Below are positions 8,802 through 17,213 of a DNA stretch of 38,996 bases, one piece after another. A model generated the notes under the pieces. That model had not been told where the DNA came from, did not search any database, and saw only the letters and a list, made by a program, of their open reading frames with translations. The DNA comes from a virus. Taxonomy: Duplodnaviria > Caudoviricetes. The number at the start of each line of letters is the position of its first letter. The first letter of the stretch is position 1. The stretch covers positions 1 through 38,996 of the IMG/VR virus record IMGVR_UViG_3300030005_000006; one strand, given 5' to 3'. Position numbers and translations under genes: made by a program.

Positions 8802-10040
8802 TCAATCCCTCAAAAAATCCAGCTTTTCATCCAGCAATTGCCTGAACTTAGCCTGATCGTGATCCGACATGATTTCAATTTGATCAATCAAGGCCTGTTT
8901 TTCATTGCAGGATTCAATCTCAAACGCCCAGTTTTTATCAACCGGCCTGGCTTCTTTCTTCAAAGCCGCTTGGCGTTTGGTAAACGCGTTCTTGGCGGTC
9001 TTACCGGCTTCGTTGTCCAGTTCGGCCATGGCGATATGTACCAGCTCCTGCTCCTCAACGGTTTTAGCCTCGCGAATCGTAGCCAGCACTTTACCTAATG
9101 CGTAAGGGTCAGGTTTTTGTGGTGTTTGTAATGGCTCAACGAACGGCAGTTCATCATCAGGAATGGAATAGATTTCGCCGGTTTCTTCATTGATGGTTTC
9201 TTCAGGTTCGGGTTCGGCTATGGGCGCGTCATTTATTTCTGTGACGATCCCGCTTTCAATCGTACTGGAGTAGTCTACCTTTTTACCTATTTCGGCCTTA
9301 TCATCGACGGCAAGCGCGGTTGCAACTTGTCGGGTATCGCCTACAGGCAGCAGTTTAGCCAGCTTTTTAACGGCTTTTCCGATAGCCATTTCAATGTACC
9401 AATCTTTCCAGATGCCTTGTGGGGTAGTCGCCCCGCGTTGGTTAGGAGACACTAGCCGCAACTTCTCAATGACTTTTTTAGCCACGAACACGCTGTACTC
9501 GTCCTTAGTGTCCGAGTTACGGGCAATGACGAAAACGCCGCGTAAATGGGCATAGGACCACGCTGAATCACCTTCATCGCGTTCATCCAGATCAGGCGTA
9601 AATTGTACCCGGTTATCCCAGCCATCCCAGGCCATGCTAAATTCATCACAATCAAAGACAGGAAAGGCTTTAACCAGCCAGCCAGCCCTAAACAACAACT
9701 GAATCCAGCCTTTATAGCCCAGTTGTAGGGTGCACTGGTCTTTATAGCCAATTAAATACGCTTGTCCAAGGTTCTTATCGACAGAAAGATTAGCCATCGC
9801 CACGCCAATTAATGACTGGACAATTGATTCCGGTGAACAATTACGCAGGGCAGGGTCATTAGCCACCACCAAGGAAGCCGCTAAAAACTTGTTGGCTTTG
9901 GTTTCATCCTCCAGCAACGAGGTTATTTGCCGTTTAGACTGTAACAGCACCGCCTTGAGCTGGTCCGCACGGGGCAGGTCTGCGAGTCTTACGGGGGGCT
10001 TGTTGCCATTTATTAAGGCAGACTTTAATTGTGCTGACAT
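8802..10040 (-). CDS. recT: RecT-family ssDNA annealing recombinase
   Basis: LRNCSPESI..GQAYLIGY..QLGYKGWIQL..EMAIGKAVKKLAKLLP; start moved to the ATG at 10040 with AGGA RBS. Confidence 0.92.
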   Translation of the reverse strand: MSAQLKSALINGNKPPVRLADLPRADQLKAVLLQSKRQITSLLEDETKANKFLAASLVVANDPALRNCSPESIVQSLIGVAMANLSVDKNLGQAYLIGYKDQCTLQLGYKGWIQLLFRAGWLVKAFPVFDCDEFSMAWDGWDNRVQFTPDLDERDEGDSAWSYAHLRGVFVIARNSDTKDEYSVFVAKKVIEKLRLVSPNQRGATTPQGIWKDWYIEMAIGKAVKKLAKLLPVGDTRQVATALAVDDKAEIGKKVDYSSTIESGIVTEINDAPIAEPEPEETINEETGEIYSIPDDELPFVEPLQTPQKPDPYALGKVLATIREAKTVEEQELVHIAMAELDNEAGKTAKNAFTKRQAALKKEARPVDKNWAFEIESCNEKQALIDQIEIMSDHDQAKFRQLLDEKLDFLRD

Positions 10041-10041
10041 A

Positions 10042-10224
10042 TCAGTAATTCCTATTGTTATTTTTTTGACGTTCAAAATGTTTTTTCGCTGATTGCTCAT
10101 GATCTAAGCCGTCATGGTAATCATCATTAACCCTGTCCATATCAAGGTTGTCAGGATTTCCACCGGAACGCCAAACATCATAAAAAACATCATTCTCATA
10201 ATCGTATTCTTCTTTTCTGCTCAC
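10042..10224 (-). CDS. Small acidic hypothetical protein
   Basis: GTG start with AGGAG RBS, between exonuclease and recT. Confidence 0.65.
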   Translation of the reverse strand: MSRKEEYDYENDVFYDVWRSGGNPDNLDMDRVNDDYHDGLDHEQSAKKHFERQKNNNRNY

Positions 10225-10233
10225 GGTAAACTC

Positions 10234-11220
10234 CTACTTAATGAGTAAAGGCCTGATACCAGGCACAGTCTTGGTGTTTTCACGTAGGTATTGGGTAAGA
10301 ACATCCGAGATACCTTCCATTTGCGGGTTATTTTTAAAACTGTTTAGCCAACCTGTAAAATCAGCGACGGCTTTTTCATAACCTACTTTCGTTGAGTCCT
10401 TATTATTCTTCCATGAGCAAATGGTACTGCCTGCATACTGTAACAACGCCGAATCGCCCATGACTTTCTTTAAGTTGGTTGTCAGCTCGACAATCAGGCC
10501 GTCCAAGTCTTTGGCATCGGTTTTAAGCCGCTTAATCTCTTGGCAAAGGTTCAGGAGGTTGTCGTCGGCTTCGAGGATCGTGCCTAAGTCGTGCTTGAAC
10601 AACCGGGCAACATCGTTAGCGGTTTTGGGTTCTGGCGGTATCCTTGGGATAACATGGTTATGCCAAAATGCGCCGCCTTCCCGAATTAAAACAGCTTCTA
10701 TTTCCAGATCCCGTTCTATCCTGAATTCTTTGTAAGAATTGCCACCAAACAGCGCGGCAATAATGGCAAAATCCGCGTCCATGACAGCCATATAAAAAGC
10801 CACTTGTGCGGCGTAGGACAGCGGCACTTGGTCACTGTTTTCAAAGCCCCAGCTATCGCTAGCGAAGGCGTTAACCGTCTTGATCTCTAAAATGCCACGA
10901 TTACCCTGGTCATCATCAAAAAGACCATCCACATTAGCCAGCATCCATTCATGTTGTGGGTGCATGGCAATCGGTACGTTACGCATCACTTCAAAATCAG
11001 GATGCTCCCTTGAAAACCGTTCAGCAATGGGTTGTTCGAGTGCATGACCCCAGTAAAAATGCTCCTGATGCTCCTGTTCCAGCTTGGGTTCTGTTTTGTC
11101 GAAGTAAACATCGAGGGCGGATTTATATTGGCTCACGCCGATCACCGCCCCAATATCAGAACCGCCCAGGCCCGATTGACGGGCTTGTAAAAATTCATAA
11201 TTTGCTTGGGGTTCCATCAA
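10234..11220 (-). CDS. YqaJ/lambda-exonuclease-family exonuclease
   Basis: RQSGLGGSD..WGHALE..ANVDG..LEIKT..Y.AQV..YM. Confidence 0.93.
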   Translation of the reverse strand: MMEPQANYEFLQARQSGLGGSDIGAVIGVSQYKSALDVYFDKTEPKLEQEHQEHFYWGHALEQPIAERFSREHPDFEVMRNVPIAMHPQHEWMLANVDGLFDDDQGNRGILEIKTVNAFASDSWGFENSDQVPLSYAAQVAFYMAVMDADFAIIAALFGGNSYKEFRIERDLEIEAVLIREGGAFWHNHVIPRIPPEPKTANDVARLFKHDLGTILEADDNLLNLCQEIKRLKTDAKDLDGLIVELTTNLKKVMGDSALLQYAGSTICSWKNNKDSTKVGYEKAVADFTGWLNSFKNNPQMEGISDVLTQYLRENTKTVPGIRPLLIK

Positions 11221-11354
11221 ATCACCTTTATCAATGCCGCTGCAATCAGCGTAAGCATAATTGCAGTTAGGGTTTTAGCGCGGGTGTCAGCCGCTTTTAG
11301 AGGGGTTGTTTGTTCAAGCAGCCAGGAGCGGTCAGCCCAGTCGGGTTGTTTCAT
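11217..11354 (-). CDS. 45-aa membrane peptide (not in ORF track)
   Basis: MKQPDWADRSWLLEQTTPLKAADTRAKTLTAIMLTLIAAALIKVI; AGGA RBS; stop overlaps the exonuclease start. Confidence 0.55.
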   Translation of the reverse strand: MKQPDWADRSWLLEQTTPLKAADTRAKTLTAIMLTLIAAALIKVI

Positions 11355-11382
11355 TTGCTTTTTCCTGTGTAAACTCTAAAAA

Positions 11383-11691
11383 TTAATGGTTCAGGGCTTC
11401 GTAGTTGGTGTATGCAATAGCGTTTGTTCCGTTTCCGTATATCCGTACTTTCGACGTTCCCAGCAGGCCACGATCCAACGTGGTGTACTTTAAGGCCCCC
11501 TCCGTAGTTATGACACACGAACCGTTTAGAAGTAGCGCCTTAAATTGCTCTACATCGTGCTTTACGAGGGCATGGACCATTTCCTTAAAAGCGTCCTCAG
11601 TGGTACATAAAGGGTAATCCTTTTTTAAGGTTGCTGCGGTTGCTGACGTTGAAATCAGGGCTATCATGGCGGCTGTTAATAATTTGTTCAT
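11383..11691 (-). CDS. Secreted/periplasmic hypothetical protein, first gene of the PL operon
   Basis: Signal peptide MNKLLTAAMIALISTSATA; two Cys; AGGA RBS. Confidence 0.7.
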   Translation of the reverse strand: MNKLLTAAMIALISTSATAATLKKDYPLCTTEDAFKEMVHALVKHDVEQFKALLLNGSCVITTEGALKYTTLDRGLLGTSKVRIYGNGTNAIAYTNYEALNH

Positions 11692-11793
11692 TTGCTTTTT
11701 CCTATGAAGTTAAAAGAATGGCCTGAATCTCACAGACCTGCCGTTAGAAATCGAGAGAGGCGATTTAACGGATAATTTGCTCCGGTGTGGGTA

Positions 11794-11834
11794 ATTATAC
11801 GCTATCGTATATTTTAATCAATACGTAATCGTAT
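11794..11834 (-). promoter_or_regulatory. PL promoter with two repressor operators (OL)
   Basis: TTGATT(11821-11816)-16-TATAAT(11799-11794); ATACG-N4-CGTAT at 11797-11810 and 11821-11834. Confidence 0.82.
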
Positions 11835-11882
11835 AATTTAGGGAAAATAAATATTATTACACCCAGTCGCCTTATTTCGGGC

Positions 11883-11908
11883 AATAAAAAACCCGCACCA
11901 GGCGGGTT
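11883..11908 (-). terminator. Terminator of the cI operon
   Basis: Minus strand AACCCGC-ctggt-GCGGGTT followed by a T tract. Confidence 0.85.
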
Positions 11909-11932
11909 GATTGTATAAGGTATTGAGATTTA

Positions 11933-12163
11933 CTAATTTATGCTATCAGATAACTCAAGGCGACGCTCTATGCGCTCAAGTCGTTTTGAAAAGCTATCCA
12001 GCCGACTTTTGACTTGTGCTAAATCAACGTGAAGAAATGCAGTGGATTGTTCTATTGAGGATACGCGACCTGTCAGCATATCCACTTTTTCATCTAAAGA
12101 TTCAAGTGATTTTCTGATATGTTTTAAATGTTCTAAAACAATATTGTCTATATTATCAGTCAT
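11933..12163 (-). CDS. Small coiled-coil protein co-transcribed with cI
   Basis: Heptad pattern, LERIERRLEL C-terminus; overlaps cI stop. Confidence 0.75.
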   Translation of the reverse strand: MTDNIDNIVLEHLKHIRKSLESLDEKVDMLTGRVSSIEQSTAFLHVDLAQVKSRLDSFSKRLERIERRLELSDSIN

Positions 12164-12591
12164 TTTTTATTAGCCATCCTCTCATAAGTCTCTGAATCGG
12201 GCTCATGGGCTAGTGTGAGCCTGCCTTCCATGGCGTTTGTTAATTGGGTTTTTTCGGGTTCCGGTGGGTTTTTTGAATTATGTTTAGGATTAACCATTGA
12301 TTTTATAATTAATTCAAGGCTACTAATTTGCTCACTGGATAATTTACTCATTAATTCATTAATGGTTTTAATTCTACTATCTAACACATTATCAAAACCC
12401 CTTAATTCTGCTTCAGTCGCATCAAGTCCTTTAGCTAGTTTTTGAATGGTGCTTGATCTTGGATCGCCATGTTTGCCACTCAAAAATCGCTGAATCGTAG
12501 GTTGTGGAACCTCTGATTTTTCAGAAAGAGTATAAGGGTTTAGGCCCTTCTCAATCATTTTTTTTCTTATATTTTCTCTCAATGTGTCCAT
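12160..12591 (-). CDS. cI: CI-like XRE repressor (no S24 peptidase domain visible)
   Basis: LSEKSEVPQPTIQRFLSGKHGDPRSSTIQKLAKGL helix-turn-helix; divergent from cro; start moved to 12591. Confidence 0.85.
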   Translation of the reverse strand: MDTLRENIRKKMIEKGLNPYTLSEKSEVPQPTIQRFLSGKHGDPRSSTIQKLAKGLDATEAELRGFDNVLDSRIKTINELMSKLSSEQISSLELIIKSMVNPKHNSKNPPEPEKTQLTNAMEGRLTLAHEPDSETYERMANKK

Positions 12592-12597
12592 TTGTCC

Positions 12598-12668
12598 AAT
12601 GTAGAGCGATGGAACATTAGAATCAAACACGTTGGCGTATTGACTACCAATACGTTTGCGTATATTAT
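12598..12668. promoter_or_regulatory. PRM/PR divergent promoters with two OR operators
   Basis: PR TTGACT(12640)-17-TATTAT(12663); PRM minus TTGATT(12626)-17-TACATT(12603); operators ACACG-ttgg-CGTAT 12627-12640 and ATACG-tttg-CGTAT 12650-12663. Confidence 0.85.
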
Positions 12669-12676
12669 CTGTTGTT

Positions 12677-12871
12677 ATGAAATTAAACATACAAAAAATA
12701 CTCACCGATATAAGAAATACGGGATTAACTGACCGAGAAATAAGTATGCTCATTGGTACTTCACAGGCAACTATTCATAGAGTACGTACAGGCGTACATA
12801 AGAACTCGCATTACGCGTTAAATATTTACCAATTAGCAAAAAAAATACGCCCCGATCTTTACACTGATTAA
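12677..12871 (+). CDS. cro: Cro-like repressor
   Basis: 64 aa, GLTDREISMLIGTSQATIHRV helix-turn-helix, directly after PR. Confidence 0.8.
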   Translation: MKLNIQKILTDIRNTGLTDREISMLIGTSQATIHRVRTGVHKNSHYALNIYQLAKKIRPDLYTD

Positions 12872-12925
12872 ATATGTGAAGCAGTAATTAACCAGTAATC
12901 AAGACAAAGTAAAGCAACTGAGTTT

Positions 12926-12982
12926 GAGCGTGGCTAGGTTATCGAGACTGAAAACGCTGTCCCTTACGGTGCTGCCAGGCTC
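12926..12982 (+). ncRNA. Phage three-stem structured RNA (C4-like architecture)
   Basis: P1 GAGCgTGGC/GCCAgGCTC closes two hairpins; CCCTTA in the distal hairpin loop is complementary to downstream TAAGGG (12990-12995). Confidence 0.5.
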
Positions 12983-13015
12983 TCTTTTTTAAGGGGTTAT
13001 TGAAGGAATAACGCG

Positions 13016-13330
13016 ATGCGCAATGATTTTGAATGGGGAGCACTAGAAGAAGTGTTCCAGGAGTATTACCCGGATTTGAGCTTTACCCGGTCGTTCATTA
13101 TTTCGATCTGGAAGAACTTTTCAGACAGTTTTAGTGATAACGCACTGGTTAATTTTATGATGATTGCCTGTGAGAATACGGAAACCGCAGAGCGTGCCAC
13201 GAAATACTTTTGTGGTATCTGCTGGCGCAAGATTAAAAGCGGAGACCTTGGAGAGGAAGAGGCAATGCTTCAGCGCCGGTTTTACCCCAAGCAACCTGAA
13301 GACAGGCAGGCAGATAAAACGCTGCATTAG
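13016..13330 (+). CDS. Hypothetical phage protein
   Basis: AAGGA RBS; KYFCGICW motif. Confidence 0.65.
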   Translation: MRNDFEWGALEEVFQEYYPDLSFTRSFIISIWKNFSDSFSDNALVNFMMIACENTETAERATKYFCGICWRKIKSGDLGEEEAMLQRRFYPKQPEDRQADKTLH

Positions 13331-13436
13331 CGCTAAAGAACACCCCGGATTAATGAGGTCCGGGGCTTAAAACACTTTTATTACATAGGAAAAAGCATGG
13401 TTATTTTATCAGGTTTTAAGGTTCGGTCAAATTGAA

Positions 13437-13733
13437 TCACGCCGCATGGCCCTTAAGCCACTCCTTGAGCGCATCATTCATTCGCGTCTGCCAGCCCTTG
13501 CCCGTAGCGCGAAAATACTCTACTACTTCGGGGCTGTACCTGACTGATAGTAATATCTTACGGTGCAGCAATTTTGGCCGTCCCGCCCGTATGAGTTTCT
13601 CACCCTCGTACAAATCGGCGCTTTCGAAAAATTCATCTGTCAATTCAGGCAATTCATCATATTCGTCCTGCGTGATGACATGGGCGTCAAACTTGCCCCA
13701 GTCTCTCGGTGTACTTTTTAATTTCTCTGTCAT
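13437..13733 (-). CDS. brnA: BrnA antitoxin
   Basis: GRPK..SVRYSPEVVEYFRATGKGWQTRMNDAL. Confidence 0.93.
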   Translation of the reverse strand: MTEKLKSTPRDWGKFDAHVITQDEYDELPELTDEFFESADLYEGEKLIRAGRPKLLHRKILLSVRYSPEVVEYFRATGKGWQTRMNDALKEWLKGHAA

Positions 13734-13965
13734 TGGCTTTCCTCATTGTGAACACATGCCGGTCATTGCCGCGCTGGACCCATCCGACAACCACTATACG
13801 CACGCCCAGATAGCCAACGGTGATTTGCCGACATTCGCCATAATCAGCCCGGTTATCCAAAAAAGTGAAGTGGCGGCCTGCAAAAACCTCGGCGGCTTCC
13901 AAAAAATCAATGCCCCTATCAGCAAGGGTTTTATCTCGTTTAGAAGGGTCATAAGTAATTTTCAT
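13687..13965 (-). CDS. brnT: BrnT ribonuclease toxin
   Basis: MKITYDPSKRDKTLADRGIDF..DYGECR..MRKANDRE; start moved to 13965. Confidence 0.93.
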   Translation of the reverse strand: MKITYDPSKRDKTLADRGIDFLEAAEVFAGRHFTFLDNRADYGECRQITVGYLGVRIVVVGWVQRGNDRHVFTMRKANDREIKKYTERLGQV

Positions 13966-13971
13966 GTTGAA

Positions 13972-14017
13972 TATTGTAGCTACAATAATAAGCAAAGTCA
14001 ATTTATTGTAACTACAT
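13972..14017 (-). promoter_or_regulatory. brnTA promoter and autoregulatory operators
   Basis: TTGACT(14001-13996)-17-TACAAT(13978-13973); perfect palindrome TATTGTAGCTACAATA 13972-13987 plus a variant at 14004-14017. Confidence 0.78.
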
Positions 14018-14071
14018 TTGACAACGCCAGGCTGCACCCCGAGACGGCTATGAGGCTGAAGAAGATATCGG

Positions 14072-14407
14072 ATGACAACTGAAGAATTAGAATTTATCTG
14101 TGGACATGTGGTTAAACGCTCATTCTCTGATGAAATAAGAATGATAGAAAGAGCCTATTTTATTAAATTAGATGATCATTTAATTCCTCAATTTTATTAT
14201 GAGATTTTAAAAGATCAATTTGTATTCAATTTGGTTGTTAGCGTTAGCGAGAAAGAGAGTGAATTACTAATAAAAAATGCGCTTAGAGACCATGCCCGGT
14301 CAAGCAAATATTTTCCAAGGCCAGAAGAAATAATACAGCTTATTAAATATAACCATTACCACGGAAAGGCATTTTTTAATAATGATGATGATTGTTTTGA
14401 AGATTAG
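14072..14407 (+). CDS. Hypothetical protein, weakly helicase loader/inhibitor-like
   Basis: AT-rich ORF just before the initiator; SKYFPRPEEII motif. Confidence 0.5.
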   Translation: MTTEELEFICGHVVKRSFSDEIRMIERAYFIKLDDHLIPQFYYEILKDQFVFNLVVSVSEKESELLIKNALRDHARSSKYFPRPEEIIQLIKYNHYHGKAFFNNDDDCFED

Positions 14408-14409
14408 TC

Positions 14410-15351
14410 ATGAAATGGTTTAAGCATTTATCGACCGCAAGAAATGACGAGAAGATTGCTCGTCTTGAAGATAAGTGCGGATTAGAGGGCTATGGATTTT
14501 ATTTCAAGATGCTCGAGATTGTTGCTGAATATGTCGATCAATCCAATCGATGTGAAGTTACTTTTAGCATGTCCAGATGGGGTAGAAAAACTAACATCAG
14601 CACTAAAAAATTTTTGCATTTAGTCCGATGTTGCTCTGACGTTGGTCTGATGTTGGTCCAACGTGCTTCTGACGATATAACTGTAAATATTCCCAACTTA
14701 TTGAATTATAGAGATAACCATACTAAAAACTTACAAGCTACTTATAAGCAAGATAAATATAAAGAAGAAACAGATATAAAAGAAGTACTACGTACTCCTT
14801 TTACTTCTTGTCCTGAGCAAAAAAGCTCAGAACAGCAAACGCCGGAAATGGAGTCCGAAAAATTCTCAGGGAATGACGGAATAGCGACCGTCAAAACACA
14901 CTCTCTCGTCATTGTCGAATTGCCGACGAACAAGACCGGGGAATTTTATGCAGTGACGCAAAGCGATGTGTGCGAATGGGAATCGCTCTATCCGGCTGTG
15001 GATGTCGGTCAGCAATTGCGTAATATGCTGGGATGGTTGAAAAGCAATCCCAAGCGCAGGAAAACCAAAAGCGGGTTGTCCCGGTTTGTGAATAGCTGGC
15101 TGGCTAAAGAACAAAACGACGGGCATAAAAAAAGCCAGAACGCTCCTCCAGGCAAGGTGAATGGTTCTGACTTATTTTCTAAAAACAACGAATACAGCGG
15201 TGAAGATTATGACACACAAGAAGAAAACAATGAAACCCATTCTCCAACTGGTCGAAAACTCTGCCTTATGGAGCTTGAAGAACAAGCAGGAAGGCGGCTC
15301 GAAGCAAGATTACGACGAGAACAACTCGAACGGGAAAGAACCGTCAACTGA
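14410..15351 (+). CDS. Phage replication initiator (O-analogue)
   Basis: MKWFKH..DEKI..GLEGYGFYFKMLE winged-helix N-terminus, low-complexity linker, C-terminal W..LYPAVDV..WL.SNP.RRKT..RFVNSWL domain. Confidence 0.78.
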   Translation: MKWFKHLSTARNDEKIARLEDKCGLEGYGFYFKMLEIVAEYVDQSNRCEVTFSMSRWGRKTNISTKKFLHLVRCCSDVGLMLVQRASDDITVNIPNLLNYRDNHTKNLQATYKQDKYKEETDIKEVLRTPFTSCPEQKSSEQQTPEMESEKFSGNDGIATVKTHSLVIVELPTNKTGEFYAVTQSDVCEWESLYPAVDVGQQLRNMLGWLKSNPKRRKTKSGLSRFVNSWLAKEQNDGHKKSQNAPPGKVNGSDLFSKNNEYSGEDYDTQEENNETHSPTGRKLCLMELEEQAGRRLEARLRREQLERERTVN

Positions 15352-15931
15352 ATGCTTAAGCGATCAGGTTATTTTTCATCTGTGGAAACGCATGTTGTCG
15401 ATTTACGGTTACAAGTGGGCTAGCCATATGGGCCTTTCAACCGATGCAAAAGGCCATTTGTCCGATGCGGCTAAAACATGGCAGCAAGGGTTATCAGGCC
15501 TCGGCATTGATCAGGTTAAGATCGGTTTTGACATGTTGATTTCAAAGTCGTGCGAATGGCCGCCGTCATTGCCCGAGTTCAGGAAATTGTGCTTGAGCAA
15601 AAAAATGGAGGACATTCCAACATCTGAGCAGTGCGTCAATGTGTTGGTCTCCGTGTCTGGGAAGACAGGGAGTATCAAGTCCCGGTATGGTCATCCGTTG
15701 ATTTTTTGCATAGCCAGCCAGGTTGATATGCATATTTTGCGGACGGTGAGGACAGTAACCGCAATAAAAACCATCATGCCGATTTACGAGAGATTATTGC
15801 TGAAAGGTTTTCCAGGCTGGCCTGATTATGCGTTAACCGAACAAAAGGCGCTTAAGGCGGACAAAAGGCCGGTTGATCTGGAGAAAAGCCGGAGTCACTT
15901 TGCCAGCTTTTGTGAAAAATTGGAAATCTAA
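15230..15931 (+). CDS. Lambda P-like replication protein (start uncertain)
   Basis: LWKRM..IYG.KW..W..GL..WPPSLPEFRKLC; follows the initiator. Confidence 0.7.
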   Translation: MKPILQLVENSALWSLKNKQEGGSKQDYDENNSNGKEPSTECLSDQVIFHLWKRMLSIYGYKWASHMGLSTDAKGHLSDAAKTWQQGLSGLGIDQVKIGFDMLISKSCEWPPSLPEFRKLCLSKKMEDIPTSEQCVNVLVSVSGKTGSIKSRYGHPLIFCIASQVDMHILRTVRTVTAIKTIMPIYERLLLKGFPGWPDYALTEQKALKADKRPVDLEKSRSHFASFCEKLEI

Positions 15932-15933
15932 CC

Positions 15934-16134
15934 ATGCACAACGAAACCCTCCGAATCCTGCGTGATCTAGTCGACTGGGTGAACGAGCTCAAAGCCGAAC
16001 GCTACGGGCATCGTAGACTCGGCGGCTTGGAGCAGGAAGACTATTTGCAGTTGCTCAATACGGTCGAGGCAGCCAACCGGCATTTGGTCGTTTTGCAAAG
16101 GCAAGCAGAAGATGAGAGTAAAACGGTGTTTTAA
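15934..16134 (+). CDS. Hypothetical protein
   Basis: Tight operon packing. Confidence 0.55.
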   Translation: MHNETLRILRDLVDWVNELKAERYGHRRLGGLEQEDYLQLLNTVEAANRHLVVLQRQAEDESKTVF

Positions 16135-16139
16135 CGAAC

Positions 16140-16760
16140 GTGAAGGCACCTAGAAGACACGATAATGAAAAAGTAGCATCTTTTACCGAGATAAAAAAAA
16201 TGAAAGCTAAAATACGCCCTAGGAACGTAAACTATCACGACACGATAAAACAATACTCCAGCAGTTTGGGCGCCGTGCATTTGGCGTTTCATCAAACGCA
16301 GGAAGAGGCCATTGAGCGAGTTAGGCAAGCAACTGAATTGTACAAGGCGAATAGGCCGTATAAACACCTAATAGAGCGACGTGAGATACCCGCCACGCCA
16401 CGAAAACAAAAAACGACGATAAAGATAGCGACTCAAGTTGAAATCGTGCCTGAAATCGTGCCTCAGTTAATCCGTGATGAAAACTATAATGCGGACAGTA
16501 TAAAAATACTGACACCTGACCAGGCCAGTGAAAAATTTGGTTGGGTAAACGAAGCCGAGTTAGCCAAAAAATATAGCCGTGATCCGGCTTGGATTGCCAA
16601 CGGACTCGAAGCCTGCCGTCGCTGCGGCGTAGAGCAGGATTATTTTATAAACCGCTATCTTGAGGCCGATAAAACCATCCCGCAAAAGGAATGGGTCAGC
16701 GAAGTGTTTATTGATTTGCTGAAAGAACAAAAGATTTATGGGAGTTACACAAAATGCTAG
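16140..16760 (+). CDS. Hypothetical protein with GyrB/ParE N-terminal-arm-like motif
   Basis: 206 aa; YNADSIKIL at 16485-16511. Confidence 0.6.
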   Translation: MKAPRRHDNEKVASFTEIKKMKAKIRPRNVNYHDTIKQYSSSLGAVHLAFHQTQEEAIERVRQATELYKANRPYKHLIERREIPATPRKQKTTIKIATQVEIVPEIVPQLIRDENYNADSIKILTPDQASEKFGWVNEAELAKKYSRDPAWIANGLEACRRCGVEQDYFINRYLEADKTIPQKEWVSEVFIDLLKEQKIYGSYTKC

Positions 16761-16942
16761 GCCCTGACAGCCCACCCAGCAAACCGCAGTTTTTTTTCCG
16801 TTACTGTGGTCAGTGGAAATTTGAGATTGATCGCTTGCCAACCTCGAGACAGGGTAATTACATCTGTGCTGACTGCGAGGATAAGCGCACCGCCGCCATT
16901 GCCCGGAACAAAGCAGAACCATGGAAGCCCAATAATGTCTAA
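16754..16942 (+). CDS. Small Cys-rich protein (paralog 1)
   Basis: RQGNYICADCE. Confidence 0.55.
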   Translation: MLGPDSPPSKPQFFFRYCGQWKFEIDRLPTSRQGNYICADCEDKRTAAIARNKAEPWKPNNV

Positions 16943-16984
16943 TTGTAATCCCAAAAAATAGTAAATTAACTAAAGGTAATCAAG

Positions 16985-17200
16985 ATGTTACAATGTATTA
17001 TTTATCTAATTATTTACGTAATCGTGGCCATTATTGTCCTCTACGTTTTACAAATTTTAATCGCCCAATTCTTGCCACTTCCGCCGCCGGTTATGATGCT
17101 TATCAGGGTTTTAGTGGGGTTGCTGGTGTTGCTGGCGGTGCTTAATTGCTTCGGCCTGTTTCCGGGCGAGGGTGGCCCCTACCCGTTCTACCGGCATTAA
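16985..17200 (+). CDS. Small two-TM membrane protein
   Basis: Two hydrophobic helices joined by PLPPP; AAGGT RBS. Confidence 0.7.
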   Translation: MLQCIIYLIIYVIVAIIVLYVLQILIAQFLPLPPPVMMLIRVLVGLLVLLAVLNCFGLFPGEGGPYPFYRH

Positions 17201-17213
17201 GTGCATTGCTGCT

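Noticed and set aside
13343-13367. CCCCGGA/TCCGGGG hairpin as a terminator
   Set aside because: No convincing U tract on either strand; function unclear
13432-14082. 216-aa plus-strand ORF
   Set aside because: Antisense shadow of brnTA
14750-14830. Replication origin iterons inside the initiator gene
   Set aside because: Only short AT-rich repeats (ATATAAA(A)GAAG) and one CTGAGC/GCTCAG inverted repeat; plausible location but too weak to call
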